A DNA stretch of 64,000 nt from Nibricoccus sp. (GTDB lineage Bacteria > Verrucomicrobiota > Verrucomicrobiia > Opitutales > Opitutaceae). Location: NCBI GenBank assembly GCA_047602425.1, contig JASGHG010000001.1, forward strand, positions 160,001 to 224,000, in the 5' to 3' direction. Below, piece by piece: positions 42,053-52,165 of the stretch (positions within the stretch are counted from its first letter, which is position 1; every line of letters begins with the position of its first letter). The position numbers and the translations under genes are program-made. The notes below the pieces were generated by a model. That model had not been told where the DNA came from. It saw only the letters and a list, made by a program, of their open reading frames with translations, and did not search any database.

Positions 42053-42520
42053 TCACACCCGGCCGGTCGGTTTCAGGAACAACTTAAAATCTCCACTCGT
42101 CGTGCCGAGCGATGCGTACCAGGGATTGAGCTCGGTGTTGGTCGCCATCGACAACCAGCGTACAAGCCCAACACCGCGCTCCCGCGCCTCTTTTGCGACC
42201 CGTTCGATCAACGCCGTCGCGATGCCCCCGCGCCTGTATTCGGGCAGAACATACAAATCGCCCAGATGCACGAGGGGGTCCGCCAACACTCCCGACACGG
42301 TTAAATATCCCGTCGCAAAACCGACAACCACTCCTCCCGATTCCGCAACCAACGCGAAACCAGTTTCCGGTTTTGTCAAAAATTCCGCCAGGAAGCGCCG
42401 CGTCTTCGCTTCGCCCGCCGTGGTGAGCATGTTGTAGTGCTCCTGATACGAGCGAAACAACGGCAGAATTTTTTCAAGGCTGTCAGGTCCTGCGAGGCGG
42501 TAAACGACCGGGTGCTTCAT
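42053..42520 (-). CDS. GNAT family acetyltransferase
   Basis: LGDLYVLPEYRRGGIATAL and WYASLG. Confidence 0.88.
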   Translation of the reverse strand: MKHPVVYRLAGPDSLEKILPLFRSYQEHYNMLTTAGEAKTRRFLAEFLTKPETGFALVAESGGVVVGFATGYLTVSGVLADPLVHLGDLYVLPEYRRGGIATALIERVAKEARERGVGLVRWLSMATNTELNPWYASLGTTSGDFKLFLKPTGRV

Positions 42521-42655
42521 GGGAGAAAGCTACGCATGCACCTGGGATGTTCGCAACCGGCAAACCTTAATGCGTGCACGCGTCGCCCCCAAAGGCTTCC
42601 GCAAGTGCACGGCATAACATTGCCTCCCCACTTACCAACCCAATAGAAATCCGCC

Positions 42656-43036
42656 GTGCGAATCGAACACATCGCCCTCTGGACGTCGGACATCGAGGTA
42701 CTGCGCTCATTCTATTGTCGTCATTTCGGCTGCGTCGCAGGCGATCTATATGAGAACCCCAACAAAGGGTTTCGCTCCTATTTCTTGCGTTTTACCGATG
42801 GTGCACGGTTTGAGATCATGCAAAAAAACGGACTTACAAAGCGAACGGAACAGCCAGCCCTCGGACTGGCTCATTTCGCCATTTCGGTGGGAAGCGAACT
42901 CAAAGTCGTTGAACTGACGAACCAGTTTCGGAACGACGGCATCCGCGTTGCCAGCGAACCACGCCGGACCGGCGATGGTTATTTTGAGAGCGTCGTGCTC
43001 GACCCCGATGGCAACCCCATTGAAATTACGTCCTGA
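42656..43036 (+). CDS. VOC (glyoxalase) family protein
   Basis: MRIEHIALWT, GLAHFAISVG and PRRTGDGYFESVVLDPDGNPIEI. Confidence 0.93.
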   Translation: MRIEHIALWTSDIEVLRSFYCRHFGCVAGDLYENPNKGFRSYFLRFTDGARFEIMQKNGLTKRTEQPALGLAHFAISVGSELKVVELTNQFRNDGIRVASEPRRTGDGYFESVVLDPDGNPIEITS

Positions 43037-43148
43037 AATTGGTTGTTTATTGCAAGCAGCACGCAACAAGTCCGAAATCTATCGGCAAAATAGACGAACA
43101 GATTGTTTTGGTGCAAAAAGAACCTAGATTCGCGCGTCCATTCATCCT

Positions 43149-44120
43149 ATGCTTTTTATCACCAATCGCGCGTTTAAGGAAGGCATCGTCACCAAGGTCA
43201 ACCGCAAGGTCACCTTCGATCTCAAAAACAACCAAGCAGCACAATCTGTCTTCTTCTGCGAGCGTCGCGGGAAGGACAGCTATATTGAACTCGGCAGCGA
43301 GGCCTTTTTGGAGCGTTTGAAAAAGGCGTCGCAAAAGCAGATTCTCATTTATCTGCACGGCTACTCTAACCTGCCCGAACCCGACATTTTTCCGCGTACA
43401 GAAAAACTACAGGCGATGTGCGACCAGCAAAGCGCCGGCGAAGTGCTCGTTCTCCCTCTCATTTGGCCCTGCGACGGCGATCTCGGGATTTTGAAGGATT
43501 ATTACGACGACCAAGTCGCGGCCGACGCCAGCGCCATCGCGTTCTCACGTGTGTTTGGAAAGTTTCTCGACTGGCGCGAACAGAATCTGGAAGACGATAC
43601 CCCTTGCCTGAAACGCATCAGTGTCCTGGCCCACTCGATGGGCAATCGCGTGCTGCGCGGGGCGCTGCAAGCTGCGGCAAAATACCAATGCCCGGGCGGC
43701 CTGCCTCTGATTTTCCGAAATATTTTCCTGGTCGCCGCCGACATCGTAAACGAATCGTTGGAGCCGGGCTGCGAGGGCGAGGAAATTCCTGTCGTCGCGC
43801 GCAACGTCGTGGTTTATTTCGCCAGCGACGATCTCGCCTTGCGCTCCAGCAAAATTGCTAATCTGGCGAATCAAATCGCCTCCCGTCGCCTTGGCCACAC
43901 CGGCCCCGAGGATATGGACGTCGTTCCCAAAAACGTCTTCGCGGTCGATTGCGACGACGTGAACACTGCTTACGACCGGCCCAAGGGACATTCTTACTTC
44001 CTCTACGACCAAACCGGCAAGGTCCCGGGAAAAGTTTTTATGCACATCTGGGCCACGCTCCTCAATGGACGCGTACAAGACCTCTCTTCCGAATCGGCGC
44101 GTACGCTGCAACTCGCCTAG
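43149..44120 (+). CDS. alpha/beta hydrolase (DUF900-like)
   Basis: IYLHGYSN, WP, LAHSMGNRV, LVAAD, DLAL and GHSYF. Confidence 0.88.
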   Translation: MLFITNRAFKEGIVTKVNRKVTFDLKNNQAAQSVFFCERRGKDSYIELGSEAFLERLKKASQKQILIYLHGYSNLPEPDIFPRTEKLQAMCDQQSAGEVLVLPLIWPCDGDLGILKDYYDDQVAADASAIAFSRVFGKFLDWREQNLEDDTPCLKRISVLAHSMGNRVLRGALQAAAKYQCPGGLPLIFRNIFLVAADIVNESLEPGCEGEEIPVVARNVVVYFASDDLALRSSKIANLANQIASRRLGHTGPEDMDVVPKNVFAVDCDDVNTAYDRPKGHSYFLYDQTGKVPGKVFMHIWATLLNGRVQDLSSESARTLQLA

Positions 44121-44138
44121 CCAAACCACCTCTTCGGC

Positions 44139-44170
44139 GCCAAGCCCGCAATCGCCACTACGGGCTTGGC
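44139..44170. terminator. hairpin between convergent genes
   Basis: GCCAAGCCCG-loop-CGGGCTTGGC. Confidence 0.55.
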
Positions 44171-44200
44171 CTCGAAAAAAGCTCTGCCAGACCGTGGCGG

Positions 44201-44665
44201 CTAAACCGTTGCGAAATCCAATACGATTGGTTCGGCATAGTGCAGGTAGTCCATCATCGGCATTTTTATCACTTCTCGATGGGTTCCCGCATTGAACGCG
44301 ATCTCCGGATATCGCGTGAGGGTGTGCTCCAAATATACCCGCATGCCGTAGAGATTGCCGAACGGTGGCATAGCACCAAGTTCGCAGTCGGGAAAGCGAT
44401 CGATAAATTCGTCCTCGCTGGCCAGTTCAACGCTGTCGCTTCCAAGTAAATCGCGGAGTTCCGACAGTACGATTTTGCGATGAGCGGGTAGAACCACCAT
44501 CGCCATTTCATCTTCGATTTTCACAATGACGGTCTTGCCAAAATCGTTGCCGGAGATGTGCGCGGATTTGGCGACGACGGAAGCCGTGTAGGCAGGTGAA
44601 TGCTGGATGCTGATATACTTCACCCCGCAATCATCGAGGAACTGTTTCAATTTTTTCGCAGGCAT
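44201..44665 (-). CDS. YbaK/EbsC family aminoacyl-tRNA deacylase
   Basis: GKTVIVK, LASEDE, FPDCELGAMPPFGNLY and FNAGTH. Confidence 0.9.
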   Translation of the reverse strand: MPAKKLKQFLDDCGVKYISIQHSPAYTASVVAKSAHISGNDFGKTVIVKIEDEMAMVVLPAHRKIVLSELRDLLGSDSVELASEDEFIDRFPDCELGAMPPFGNLYGMRVYLEHTLTRYPEIAFNAGTHREVIKMPMMDYLHYAEPIVLDFATV

Positions 44666-44831
44666 AATGCCCCCTATTGTTAAGGTTACGAGTGCAGCAA
44701 CTGTCGAAAATGTCTCCACTTTCTCCCGCTTGGCAAATGGCCGGAAGGATTGATCGGACCGTGTAAAATCTCTCCTTCATGCCACACGGAAACAGTTGCG
44801 GTCAAAGACCTGCTGCGCTTGATCTTCGCCC

Positions 44832-45260
44832 ATGAGTCCCTCCCTCAAAACCCCTCGCACTCCCTACGAAAAAGTCGGCGGCCTCAATTACCTGGGCCGT
44901 TGCATCGACAAGATCCGCCTGAAAAATGCCGGTCAACTGCGTCCTGATTTCTTCGAACTCATGGGCAAGGGCTTCGATGCCCGAATCATGGGCTATCTGG
45001 AATTGGACTATGCCAAGTTTACCGAGTTTGTCCTCACCGGCGCGACCGACGAACAATGTTGGGACTACTGCGTGCAACACGGTCGCAAAATGAACGACTT
45101 GACCACGCTCATCTGGAACGATTTTTCCAGCAAACGCGGCTGGCGCGATTCCGGATCGGAACTGCTCGCCAAGTTTAAAGCCGAAAGCGGCCTCTCCACG
45201 CGCGATGATATCCAGACGTTCTTCGAATATTGGGAAGTCGACGAAGGCCGTAAACCTTGA
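44832..45260 (+). CDS. DUF5069-like protein
   Basis: PRTPYEKVGGLNYLGRCIDKIRL, GFDAR and C-terminal DEGR. Confidence 0.8.
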   Translation: MSPSLKTPRTPYEKVGGLNYLGRCIDKIRLKNAGQLRPDFFELMGKGFDARIMGYLELDYAKFTEFVLTGATDEQCWDYCVQHGRKMNDLTTLIWNDFSSKRGWRDSGSELLAKFKAESGLSTRDDIQTFFEYWEVDEGRKP

Positions 45261-45493
45261 GTGATTCCCCTTTACCGAACCAATCGCCAGCAAACTTCGT
45301 GAAGCGATTTTAGCTCAGGCGACAAGTTCATCCTAAAACGCTATTACCCCCGTCTGTCCAAAGGCGACGTTGCCGGGAACGGTGAAAGTCAAGAAACGCA
45401 GCCGCTGCTGCATTGCGACGACATGCGTCCCGGCCGAAAGAAATCGCCGTCAGACAGAACAAAAAACGCGCAGTTATCGCCATCGGTGAGCCC

Positions 45494-45522
45494 TTGACAG
45501 GGACTGAGACTGAATTGAGATT
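45494..45522 (+). promoter_or_regulatory. sigma70-type promoter, probably giving a leaderless fur-family mRNA
   Basis: TTGACA-N17-GAGATT, then 6 nt, then the GTG start at 45529. Confidence 0.55.
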
Positions 45523-45528
45523 GCCGAC

Positions 45529-45996
45529 GTGAGCAACGACGCCGCCCGCGAAAAATACAAAGCCTACCTCGCCACTAAAGGTCTGCGCGTAACCGACCAG
45601 CGCATGGCGATTTTTGAGGCCGCTTTCGCGCAAAAAGAGCATTTCACGGCTGAGGAATTGCTCGAACATGCTCGTGCTATCGACGATTCCGTTTCCCGCG
45701 CAACAGTTTACCGCAGCATCCCAATCATGACGGAAAGCGCCCTCCTCCGGGAGGTCGATATTGGCAAAAACCTCAAGTACTACCGCCCGAATACCGATAA
45801 CAACACGCAGGTAGCCCAGGTGATTTGTATGGATTGCGACAAAATTTTCGAAATCAGCGCCCCCTTCATGGGATGGTACGGCAACACCGTCTCGGCGAAG
45901 CTGAACCTCACGCCCGTCTCGCAACGTCTGCAAGTCTCCGCGCATTGTAACACGCTGCGCGAAACCGGCACCTGCAAGAATCGCGCACAAGGTTAA
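45529..45996 (+). CDS. Fur-family transcriptional regulator
   Basis: [26 protein letters not shown] and [10 protein letters not shown]. Confidence 0.88.
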   Translation: MSNDAAREKYKAYLATKGLRVTDQRMAIFEAAFAQKEHFTAEELLEHARAIDDSVSRATVYRSIPIMTESALLREVDIGKNLKYYRPNTDNNTQVAQVICMDCDKIFEISAPFMGWYGNTVSAKLNLTPVSQRLQVSAHCNTLRETGTCKNRAQG

Positions 45997-46005
45997 GTTT
46001 CTTCC

Positions 46006-46374
46006 ATGGGCAGAAAAGAAGATCCAACTTTCGAAATCAGCTTCTACGAATCGGTCCTCAAACGCGACCCGGGTTACACCGACGTGATCGAACTTCTCGG
46101 CGGTCTCTACACGAAAGTGGGCCGCATCTCCGACGGACTGAAAATGGATCGCAAGCTCGTGCGCCTGCTCCCGAAAAATGCCACTGCCCATTACAATCTC
46201 GCTTGCAGCCTCGCGCTCTCCAAACGCCGTACCGATGCGTTGCGATCGTTAAAACAAGCGGTCGACCTTGGTTACGATGACGTCGATTGGATGACCCAAG
46301 ACCCCGACCTCGAAGACTTGAAGGACCACCCGGAATTCCTGCGCCTGCTCGAAAAACTCAAGCCACAGAGCTGA
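46006..46374 (+). CDS. TPR-like protein
   Basis: TAHYNLACSLAL, AVDLGY and DPDLEDL. Confidence 0.8.
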   Translation: MGRKEDPTFEISFYESVLKRDPGYTDVIELLGGLYTKVGRISDGLKMDRKLVRLLPKNATAHYNLACSLALSKRRTDALRSLKQAVDLGYDDVDWMTQDPDLEDLKDHPEFLRLLEKLKPQS

Positions 46375-46523
46375 TAGCCGTGGTAAAGTTACATGGCGGC
46401 CTGCAGACCCTGAAGGGCAAAAGTCGCCACCTCCGAAAAAACCCTAGCGACTGCTCCGGCTTCGGAAATTCCTGAGCGCTTCTGTAACCGCGGCTCGGTT
46501 CGCCGTGTAGAGAGTGTGTTAAC

Positions 46524-47291
46524 ATGAAAACGCTCCCTCTCCTCCTCGCCGGTCTTTCGATCGCATCCATCGCGCGTGCTGACTCCTTCCCCGCGTCCGA
46601 AAAATTCTCCCAAACATATCCGGTCACGGCCCAGGCCGAACTTTCTTTACGCAATATCAATGGTTCGGTCGAAATCGTCGCCTGGGACAAAAACGAGATC
46701 GCACTGGAAGCGGAAAAGCGCACCAAAAACGCCGAGGATCTTTCAAAAATCCAGGTTCAGGTCGACGCTTCGTCCGACCGCGTTGCCATCACCACCCACT
46801 ATGAACGTGTCGGTTGGGGCTGGTTTGGCTGGTTTAGCCGCAACGTCAGCGGCGCCGTCCACTACAAGCTCCGCGTACCGGCCGGCATTAATTTGCGCAA
46901 AGTCGACGTGGTGAATTCCAATGTCACCATTCGCGACGTAAGCGGCGATGTAGAGGCCACCTCGGTCAATGGATCGATTCATGCCAGCGGACTTTCCAAC
47001 TCGGCCCATCTCAAGACCGTAAACGGCAACATCGAGGCCGGCCTCGTTTCCATGCAAGCCTGCAAGACGCTTTACACCAAGACCGTGAACGGAAGCTGCA
47101 AAGTTTTTCTTCCCGACGCCGTCTCGGCCAGCGTCGAGGCTTCGACGGTCAATGGAAACGTGAAATGCGATTTTCCCGTTGCGGCATCGAAATCCAGCCG
47201 ATCCAGACTTCAGGGCCAAATCGGCCAAGGGAACGACACTTCGATCGAGGCGCATTCGGTGAACGGCAACATCGCTTTCCATCGCCAGTAA
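46524..47291 (+). CDS. DUF4097 (adhesin-like beta-repeat) exported protein
   Basis: Signal peptide; repeated (T/S)VNG motifs. Confidence 0.85.
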   Translation: MKTLPLLLAGLSIASIARADSFPASEKFSQTYPVTAQAELSLRNINGSVEIVAWDKNEIALEAEKRTKNAEDLSKIQVQVDASSDRVAITTHYERVGWGWFGWFSRNVSGAVHYKLRVPAGINLRKVDVVNSNVTIRDVSGDVEATSVNGSIHASGLSNSAHLKTVNGNIEAGLVSMQACKTLYTKTVNGSCKVFLPDAVSASVEASTVNGNVKCDFPVAASKSSRSRLQGQIGQGNDTSIEAHSVNGNIAFHRQ

Positions 47292-47367
47292 AGCAGTGAT
47301 GGGTTCGTGGCCGGGCGTCGTCGTTGTTGGCGGCGCGCCCGGCAATTTTCTTCGGCGGTTTTGGCTC

Positions 47368-48525
47368 CTAGGCCTTTTCCACGCGGAAATTCAACCAAAG
47401 CCCCACGCCGATAAACAAAAGGTTCGGCACCCAGACGAGGAGGTCGGGATGGTATTGGGGGTACTTGTCGAACCAACTCACGACTACTTTTGTCAGAAAA
47501 TAGTAGAGCAAAGCGAGGCCGAGGGCCACGGCGAAGTTGGCGGAGGTCTCGCGGCGCGAAACTTTTATACCCAATGGAACAGCCAGGAGCACGAGAATGA
47601 GCACCGACAGCGACATCGATCCTTTTTCCTGAATGATCATGTTAATGCGGGTCAGCTTCTGCTCCAGCGGTGCACCAGCGGGCATTTCCTTGGTCAGCCT
47701 GGCCTTCTCTTGATCGAGTTCGTCCAAAGTCAGCCATTCCAATTTGCGACTAAACGTCTTCGCGCCACTTAGGCGCGATAGAGGAAAGCTAAAACTGGCC
47801 GTATCGGCTTCTGCGCGTATGGGCGGCTTGGAAAAGTTTTCCGGATCTTCCTCGTTGAAACGCTCGGAAGAGAATTGGAAGGGTTTGAAAACGAGCCGAT
47901 TGTTTTCCTCGTCCAATTCGATGCGGCCCGTGTCGGCGTGGGAGAAACCGGTCATCCGATTGTGCTTATCCATCCGCCAGACCCAAATGTCCCGCATATA
48001 GTCCCCGTGTCGTTCGCTCGCATAGACGATGACGCCGGGAATGTCGCGGACGAAGGTCTTTGGCACAATCAAGCGGACGGCATTGGTGCGCAGCATGCTT
48101 CCCAACTCTTGATGATAGAGCGTGCGGGCCTTCGGCATCAGGTAGTAATTCACGGCCACACCACCCACAACACCCAAAAGAGCCAAAATAAAAATCGGCG
48201 CGCAGATGCGTTTGACGCTTTGGCCGCACGTCCGCAGGGCGACAATTTCGCTGTCGGCCGACATTCGGCCGAGCACCAGCAACACCCCGAGCAACATGCC
48301 CATCGGCAGCGCATACATGACCACGTAAGGGATGAGCAGCAGCATGAGTTTGACCGCCGATTCCAAGGCGAGCTGGCCCGATAACAAATAGCCGAGCAAA
48401 TCCTTGAGCGCGTTGACCGCGGCGATCAGGAACACGAAAAAGCCCACACATGCAGCGCAGGTGATCAGGACTTGTTTGAAGATATAGCGGTCGATGAGGC
48501 GCAAAATCTTGCCGCGATCATGCAA
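47368..48525 (-). CDS. LptF/LptG family LPS export permease
   Basis: LIDRYIFKQ, GRMSADSEIVALRTCG, LAVPLG and VWVPNLL. Confidence 0.92.
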   Translation of the reverse strand: MHDRGKILRLIDRYIFKQVLITCAACVGFFVFLIAAVNALKDLLGYLLSGQLALESAVKLMLLLIPYVVMYALPMGMLLGVLLVLGRMSADSEIVALRTCGQSVKRICAPIFILALLGVVGGVAVNYYLMPKARTLYHQELGSMLRTNAVRLIVPKTFVRDIPGVIVYASERHGDYMRDIWVWRMDKHNRMTGFSHADTGRIELDEENNRLVFKPFQFSSERFNEEDPENFSKPPIRAEADTASFSFPLSRLSGAKTFSRKLEWLTLDELDQEKARLTKEMPAGAPLEQKLTRINMIIQEKGSMSLSVLILVLLAVPLGIKVSRRETSANFAVALGLALLYYFLTKVVVSWFDKYPQYHPDLLVWVPNLLFIGVGLWLNFRVEKA

Positions 48526-48603
48526 GGCGGCACGTCACTGACAATAGGAACCTTACGTTGGTGCCATGACTCGGGGACCTTTGATGGGGATTTTGGCCAA
48601 AGA

Positions 48604-48637
48604 AAACCCTTGCCAGCCATAAGACGGACAAGGGTTT
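48604..48637 (-). terminator. hairpin downstream of tRNA-Arg
   Basis: AAACCCTTG...CAAGGGTTT, a few bp past the tRNA CCA end. Confidence 0.5.
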
Positions 48638-48644
48638 CCAAAAC

Positions 48645-48721
48645 TGGCGCAGCCGTAGGGAGTCGAACCCCAAACCTTCTGATCCGTAGTCAGATGCTCT
48701 ATCCAATTGAGCTACGGCTGC
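48645..48721 (-). tRNA. tRNA-Arg(ACG)
   Basis: GCAGCCGTAGCTCAATTGGATAGAGCATCTGACTACGGATCAGAAGGTTTGGGGTTCGACTCCCTACGGCTGCGCCA: cloverleaf, anticodon ACG, encoded CCA. Confidence 0.98.
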
Positions 48722-48797
48722 GTAAAGGAGCGTGAGAAAAAGCAGGGATTCGGCGCGGAGTGCAAGCGATATTTTTCAAACATTTTCGGGGCCTTTT

Positions 48798-49706
48798 CTA
48801 CTCCCCGTAATCCTCGGTCACCGTACGACTCAGCCCAATGAAGGTTTCCTCGGCCAGCGGCAGCCGGCGCCCGCGCAAATAAACCACCCCCCAGCGCCGC
48901 TTGAGCTTGCGACGGCCAAGAGGGAAAGAGATCAGCGCACCGCTGCGCAATTCTTCGCGCGCAATCCACGACGCAAGCACACCCGCACCCAGCCCGATTT
49001 TAACCAGCTCCTTGATGGCTTCCATGGAGCCGAGCTCGATGTAGTTGGTGAGCACGATTTTTTCTTCCCGAAAATATTCACTCACCAACCGAAAGGTATA
49101 ACTGTTTTTATTGTACAAAATGAGGGTCTCCTCCGCGATCGCACCGCGCGGCACGCCACCCGACTGTCCCCAAGGATGCAGCGGCGCCACCACGAACCGG
49201 AGCTCATCTTCAAAAAGCGGCACAAAATCGAATTCGTTGTCGCCCGCAGGCATGGGCATGATCGCGAGATCGATCTGGCCCGAACGCAACAATTCCAACT
49301 GCCGGCCATGGTCGCCGGGTTCGATTTTAATCACGCACTTCGGAAAGCTCTGCTTAAATTCGCGCAGCACCGTTGGTAATATATACTGGCACGCCGTCGT
49401 GCTCGCTCCGACACGCAACCGGCCGTGCCCCCAGTTCGTCAGCGTGTCGAGTCCCGCGCGCGCCGCTTCCATTTCGCGCAAAATTTTTTCCGTGTGCCGC
49501 AAAAACTGTTCGCCCGCCTGCGTGAGCAGCGCGCGTTTGCCCACGCGATCGAGCAGACGGCAGCCAACTTCCGTCTCCAAAGCCTTCATCGCGTGACTCA
49601 CCGCCGACTGCGTGAGAAACAAATCTTTGGCGGCCAAGGTAAAACTGCCGCGGCGTGCCACGGCTTCAAAGGCAAGCAACTGACGGCTGTCGAGGGTGTT
49701 TTTCAT
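48798..49706 (-). CDS. LysR-type regulator (CysL/CbbR-like), divergent from the nitrate cluster
   Basis: GSFTLAAKDLFLTQSAVSHAMKALE HTH; GRLRVGASTT; ELGSMEAIKELVKIGLG. Confidence 0.95.
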   Translation of the reverse strand: MKNTLDSRQLLAFEAVARRGSFTLAAKDLFLTQSAVSHAMKALETEVGCRLLDRVGKRALLTQAGEQFLRHTEKILREMEAARAGLDTLTNWGHGRLRVGASTTACQYILPTVLREFKQSFPKCVIKIEPGDHGRQLELLRSGQIDLAIMPMPAGDNEFDFVPLFEDELRFVVAPLHPWGQSGGVPRGAIAEETLILYNKNSYTFRLVSEYFREEKIVLTNYIELGSMEAIKELVKIGLGAGVLASWIAREELRSGALISFPLGRRKLKRRWGVVYLRGRRLPLAEETFIGLSRTVTEDYGE

Positions 49707-49708
49707 GA

Positions 49709-49788
49709 ATGAGCGTCGTTCATTATCTATATGAAATGTTTGAAGAGCAGTAATCGCGCCAAAACGCATTTCTGGCATGCCGACGGCT
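49709..49788 (+). promoter_or_regulatory. LysR-type box plus sigma54-type promoter 1
   Basis: ATGAGCGTCGTTCAT (49709-49723) and TGGCATGCCGACGGCT (GG at 49774, GC at 49786). Confidence 0.65.
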
Positions 49789-49808
49789 AAACGTGTTCGG
49801 CAAAACCA

Positions 49809-50882
49809 ATGGAAACCGCCACGTACAACAGCACCGCCAGCCAGAGCGCACGCACCTTGCGCGTCGGCTTCCTCGCTCTCAGCGACGCCGCGCCTTTCAT
49901 CGTCGCCGAGGAGCGCGGCCTCTTCGCCCGGCACGGGCTTCGCGTTCAGCTGAGCCGCGAAGTGGGTTGGGCAACGCTGCGCGATAAAATCATCTACGGT
50001 GAACTCGATGCTGCGCAGGCTCCCGCACCGATGCTTTGGTCCACGCGCCTCGGAATCGATTGCTCGCCCTGCCCCGTCATGACCAGCATGGTGCTCAGCC
50101 TGAACGGCAACGCCATTACTCTCTCTGAAAAACTCTGGCAGGCCGGTGTGCGCGACGCATCAACCTTGCGCGACGAAGCGCGCCGGCGCAGCGGTGAACG
50201 CAAGCTGACCTTCGGCGTTGTATTCAATTTCTCATCACACCACCTGCTCCTCCGCACCTGGCTTCGCACCGGCGGCATCAATCCCGATCGCGATGTCCGT
50301 TTCGTCGTCGTTCCCCCGGCCCAGATGTTCCGCAACCTCGCGGCTGGTACAATCGACGGTTACTGTGCCGGCGAGCCCTGGAATACATTGGCGGTGAGAG
50401 AGCAGGTCGGCTGGTGCCCGACCTGGTCAGCCTCGTTGCAGCCTGGACACATTGAAAAGGTTCTCATGGTGACGGAACGGTTTGCCACCAATCGCGCAAG
50501 CGAACACGCGGCCCTGGTCGCCGCTCTCGTTGAAGCCGCCGGTTGGTGCGACGAGCCCGCCAATCGGGATCCGCTCGCCCAGTTGCTTTCCCGCGCCGGT
50601 TACATCAACCAGTCCATGCGCATCATCACGCCCGCTCTCAGCGGCGTTTTCGATTGCGGCCACCATCGCAGCGAGACGGTGCCTGATTTCCTCGTATTTC
50701 ACAAAGGCAATGCCAACCAGCCCACCGTAGCCAAAGCCCAGCTGCTGCAGCAGGAATTGACCGAAGCGGGACTTCTTCCCGGCGGACCGGCAGCCAGCAC
50801 GCTTCCTGCGCTTCTTTTTCGCGAAGATCTCTACAACCACGCAACCCGCACCAATACATCCAATGAACTCGTCTCCCTCTGA
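49809..50882 (+). CDS. cytoplasmic NrtA/CmpA-family protein (NasS-like nitrate sensor)
   Basis: LRVGFLALSDAAP, GELDAAQ, LNGNAIT, VVPPAQM, GYCAGEPWN and EKVL; no signal peptide. Confidence 0.85.
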   Translation: METATYNSTASQSARTLRVGFLALSDAAPFIVAEERGLFARHGLRVQLSREVGWATLRDKIIYGELDAAQAPAPMLWSTRLGIDCSPCPVMTSMVLSLNGNAITLSEKLWQAGVRDASTLRDEARRRSGERKLTFGVVFNFSSHHLLLRTWLRTGGINPDRDVRFVVVPPAQMFRNLAAGTIDGYCAGEPWNTLAVREQVGWCPTWSASLQPGHIEKVLMVTERFATNRASEHAALVAALVEAAGWCDEPANRDPLAQLLSRAGYINQSMRIITPALSGVFDCGHHRSETVPDFLVFHKGNANQPTVAKAQLLQQELTEAGLLPGGPAASTLPALLFREDLYNHATRTNTSNELVSL

Positions 50883-52152
50883 TCGCTCCGTTTCCCACCT
50901 GAACCGCCGGTCTTTTTTGACCAAAGGAGTTGCCGGTCTCGGCGCCGCCGCGCTTTGGTCGGCCCTCGGCAACAAGTCTTGGGCCTCCACGGCCGGCTCG
51001 GTTTCCGAGGCGCCCGAAACCACTGATATCAACTTCGGCATCATCGCGCTCACGGATTGTTCACCCATCGTCATCGCCCATGAAAAAGGCCTTTTCAAAA
51101 AGTACGGAATCAATTCCAAAATCACCAAGGGAGCCAATTGGGCGGCCATCCGCGACAACCTGTCAACTGGTTCGATTCAGGCCACCCACATGCTGATCGG
51201 CATGCCGCTCGCCTCGACCATGGGCTTGGCCGGTTCGCCTAAAAAACCGATGATCATTCCCTGGCTGCTCAATCGCAACGGCCAGGCCATCACGCTCAAG
51301 ACCGAGTGGAAGGGCAAGGTTGGTGCTGACCCGAAGGCCATCAAACCCTTCGTAGATCAGGCGAAATCGCTCGGCGAACCGCTCACTTTCGCCATGACCT
51401 TCCCTCCGGGCACACATGCCATGTGGATTCGCTACTACCTCGGCGCCGGCGGCATCAATCCCGACAAAGATGTCAGCCTCATCACCGTTCCGCCCGCCCA
51501 GATGGTGGCCAATATGAAAATCGGCAAAATGGATGGCTTTTGCGTCGGCGAACCGTGGAACGCCCGGGCAATTGCCGATGGTATCGGGTTCACCTCCGTC
51601 ACCACGCAGGATATGTGGAAGGATCATCCGGAAAAAGTCTGCGCTTTCACTGAGGAGTTCGCCGAGAAAAACCCGAAGACTGTCAAAGCCGTGCTGAAAG
51701 CCCTGCACGAAGCCAGCGTCTGGCTCGACGAAATGGATAATCGACCCGAACAGTGCGCCATCGTCTCAAAGGCCACGTATATCAATTGCGATCCCAAAAC
51801 GATCCTCGGCCGCCTCCAGGGTAACCTCGACTACGGCGACGGCCGCAAGGTGCAGGACGAATTCTACATGCACTTCAACAAGCGCAACTGCAACTATCCG
51901 CAGCCCAAGTACGCCAAATGGTTCCTCTCGCAGTATCGCCGCTGGGGCCTCGTCTCCGGCACGCCCGACTATGAGGGCGTCGCGAAACGGGTGATGCGCT
52001 CCGACATCTACGAAGAGGCTATGAAGGAAATCGGCGTCACCCATGGTGGACTCGATAACTCGCCGGAAACGTTGTTCGACGGTGCCACTTTCAATCCAGC
52101 CGAACCAGAGACTTTCGCCAAGAGCTTCGCCGTCCACAATCTGAAAGGTTGA
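50863..52152 (+). CDS. nrtA: nitrate ABC transporter substrate-binding protein (Tat-exported)
   Basis: NRRSFL twin-arginine signal; FGIIALTDCSP, TFPPGTHAMW, VPPAQMVANM, FCVGEPWN and WKDHPEKV. Confidence 0.9.
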   Translation: MNSSPSDRSVSHLNRRSFLTKGVAGLGAAALWSALGNKSWASTAGSVSEAPETTDINFGIIALTDCSPIVIAHEKGLFKKYGINSKITKGANWAAIRDNLSTGSIQATHMLIGMPLASTMGLAGSPKKPMIIPWLLNRNGQAITLKTEWKGKVGADPKAIKPFVDQAKSLGEPLTFAMTFPPGTHAMWIRYYLGAGGINPDKDVSLITVPPAQMVANMKIGKMDGFCVGEPWNARAIADGIGFTSVTTQDMWKDHPEKVCAFTEEFAEKNPKTVKAVLKALHEASVWLDEMDNRPEQCAIVSKATYINCDPKTILGRLQGNLDYGDGRKVQDEFYMHFNKRNCNYPQPKYAKWFLSQYRRWGLVSGTPDYEGVAKRVMRSDIYEEAMKEIGVTHGGLDNSPETLFDGATFNPAEPETFAKSFAVHNLKG

Positions 52153-52165
52153 CACGACGCCTGCC

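Noticed and set aside
43071..43102. Possible relic of the arnD 3' end (CCGAAATC...CGGCAAA..CAG)
   Set aside because: Needs a gap and the match is short; cannot be separated from chance by eye.
48560..48721. tRNA-Arg as an integration site
   Set aside because: No integrase and no duplicated tRNA 3' end seen; the neighbouring gene is a core LptF/G permease.
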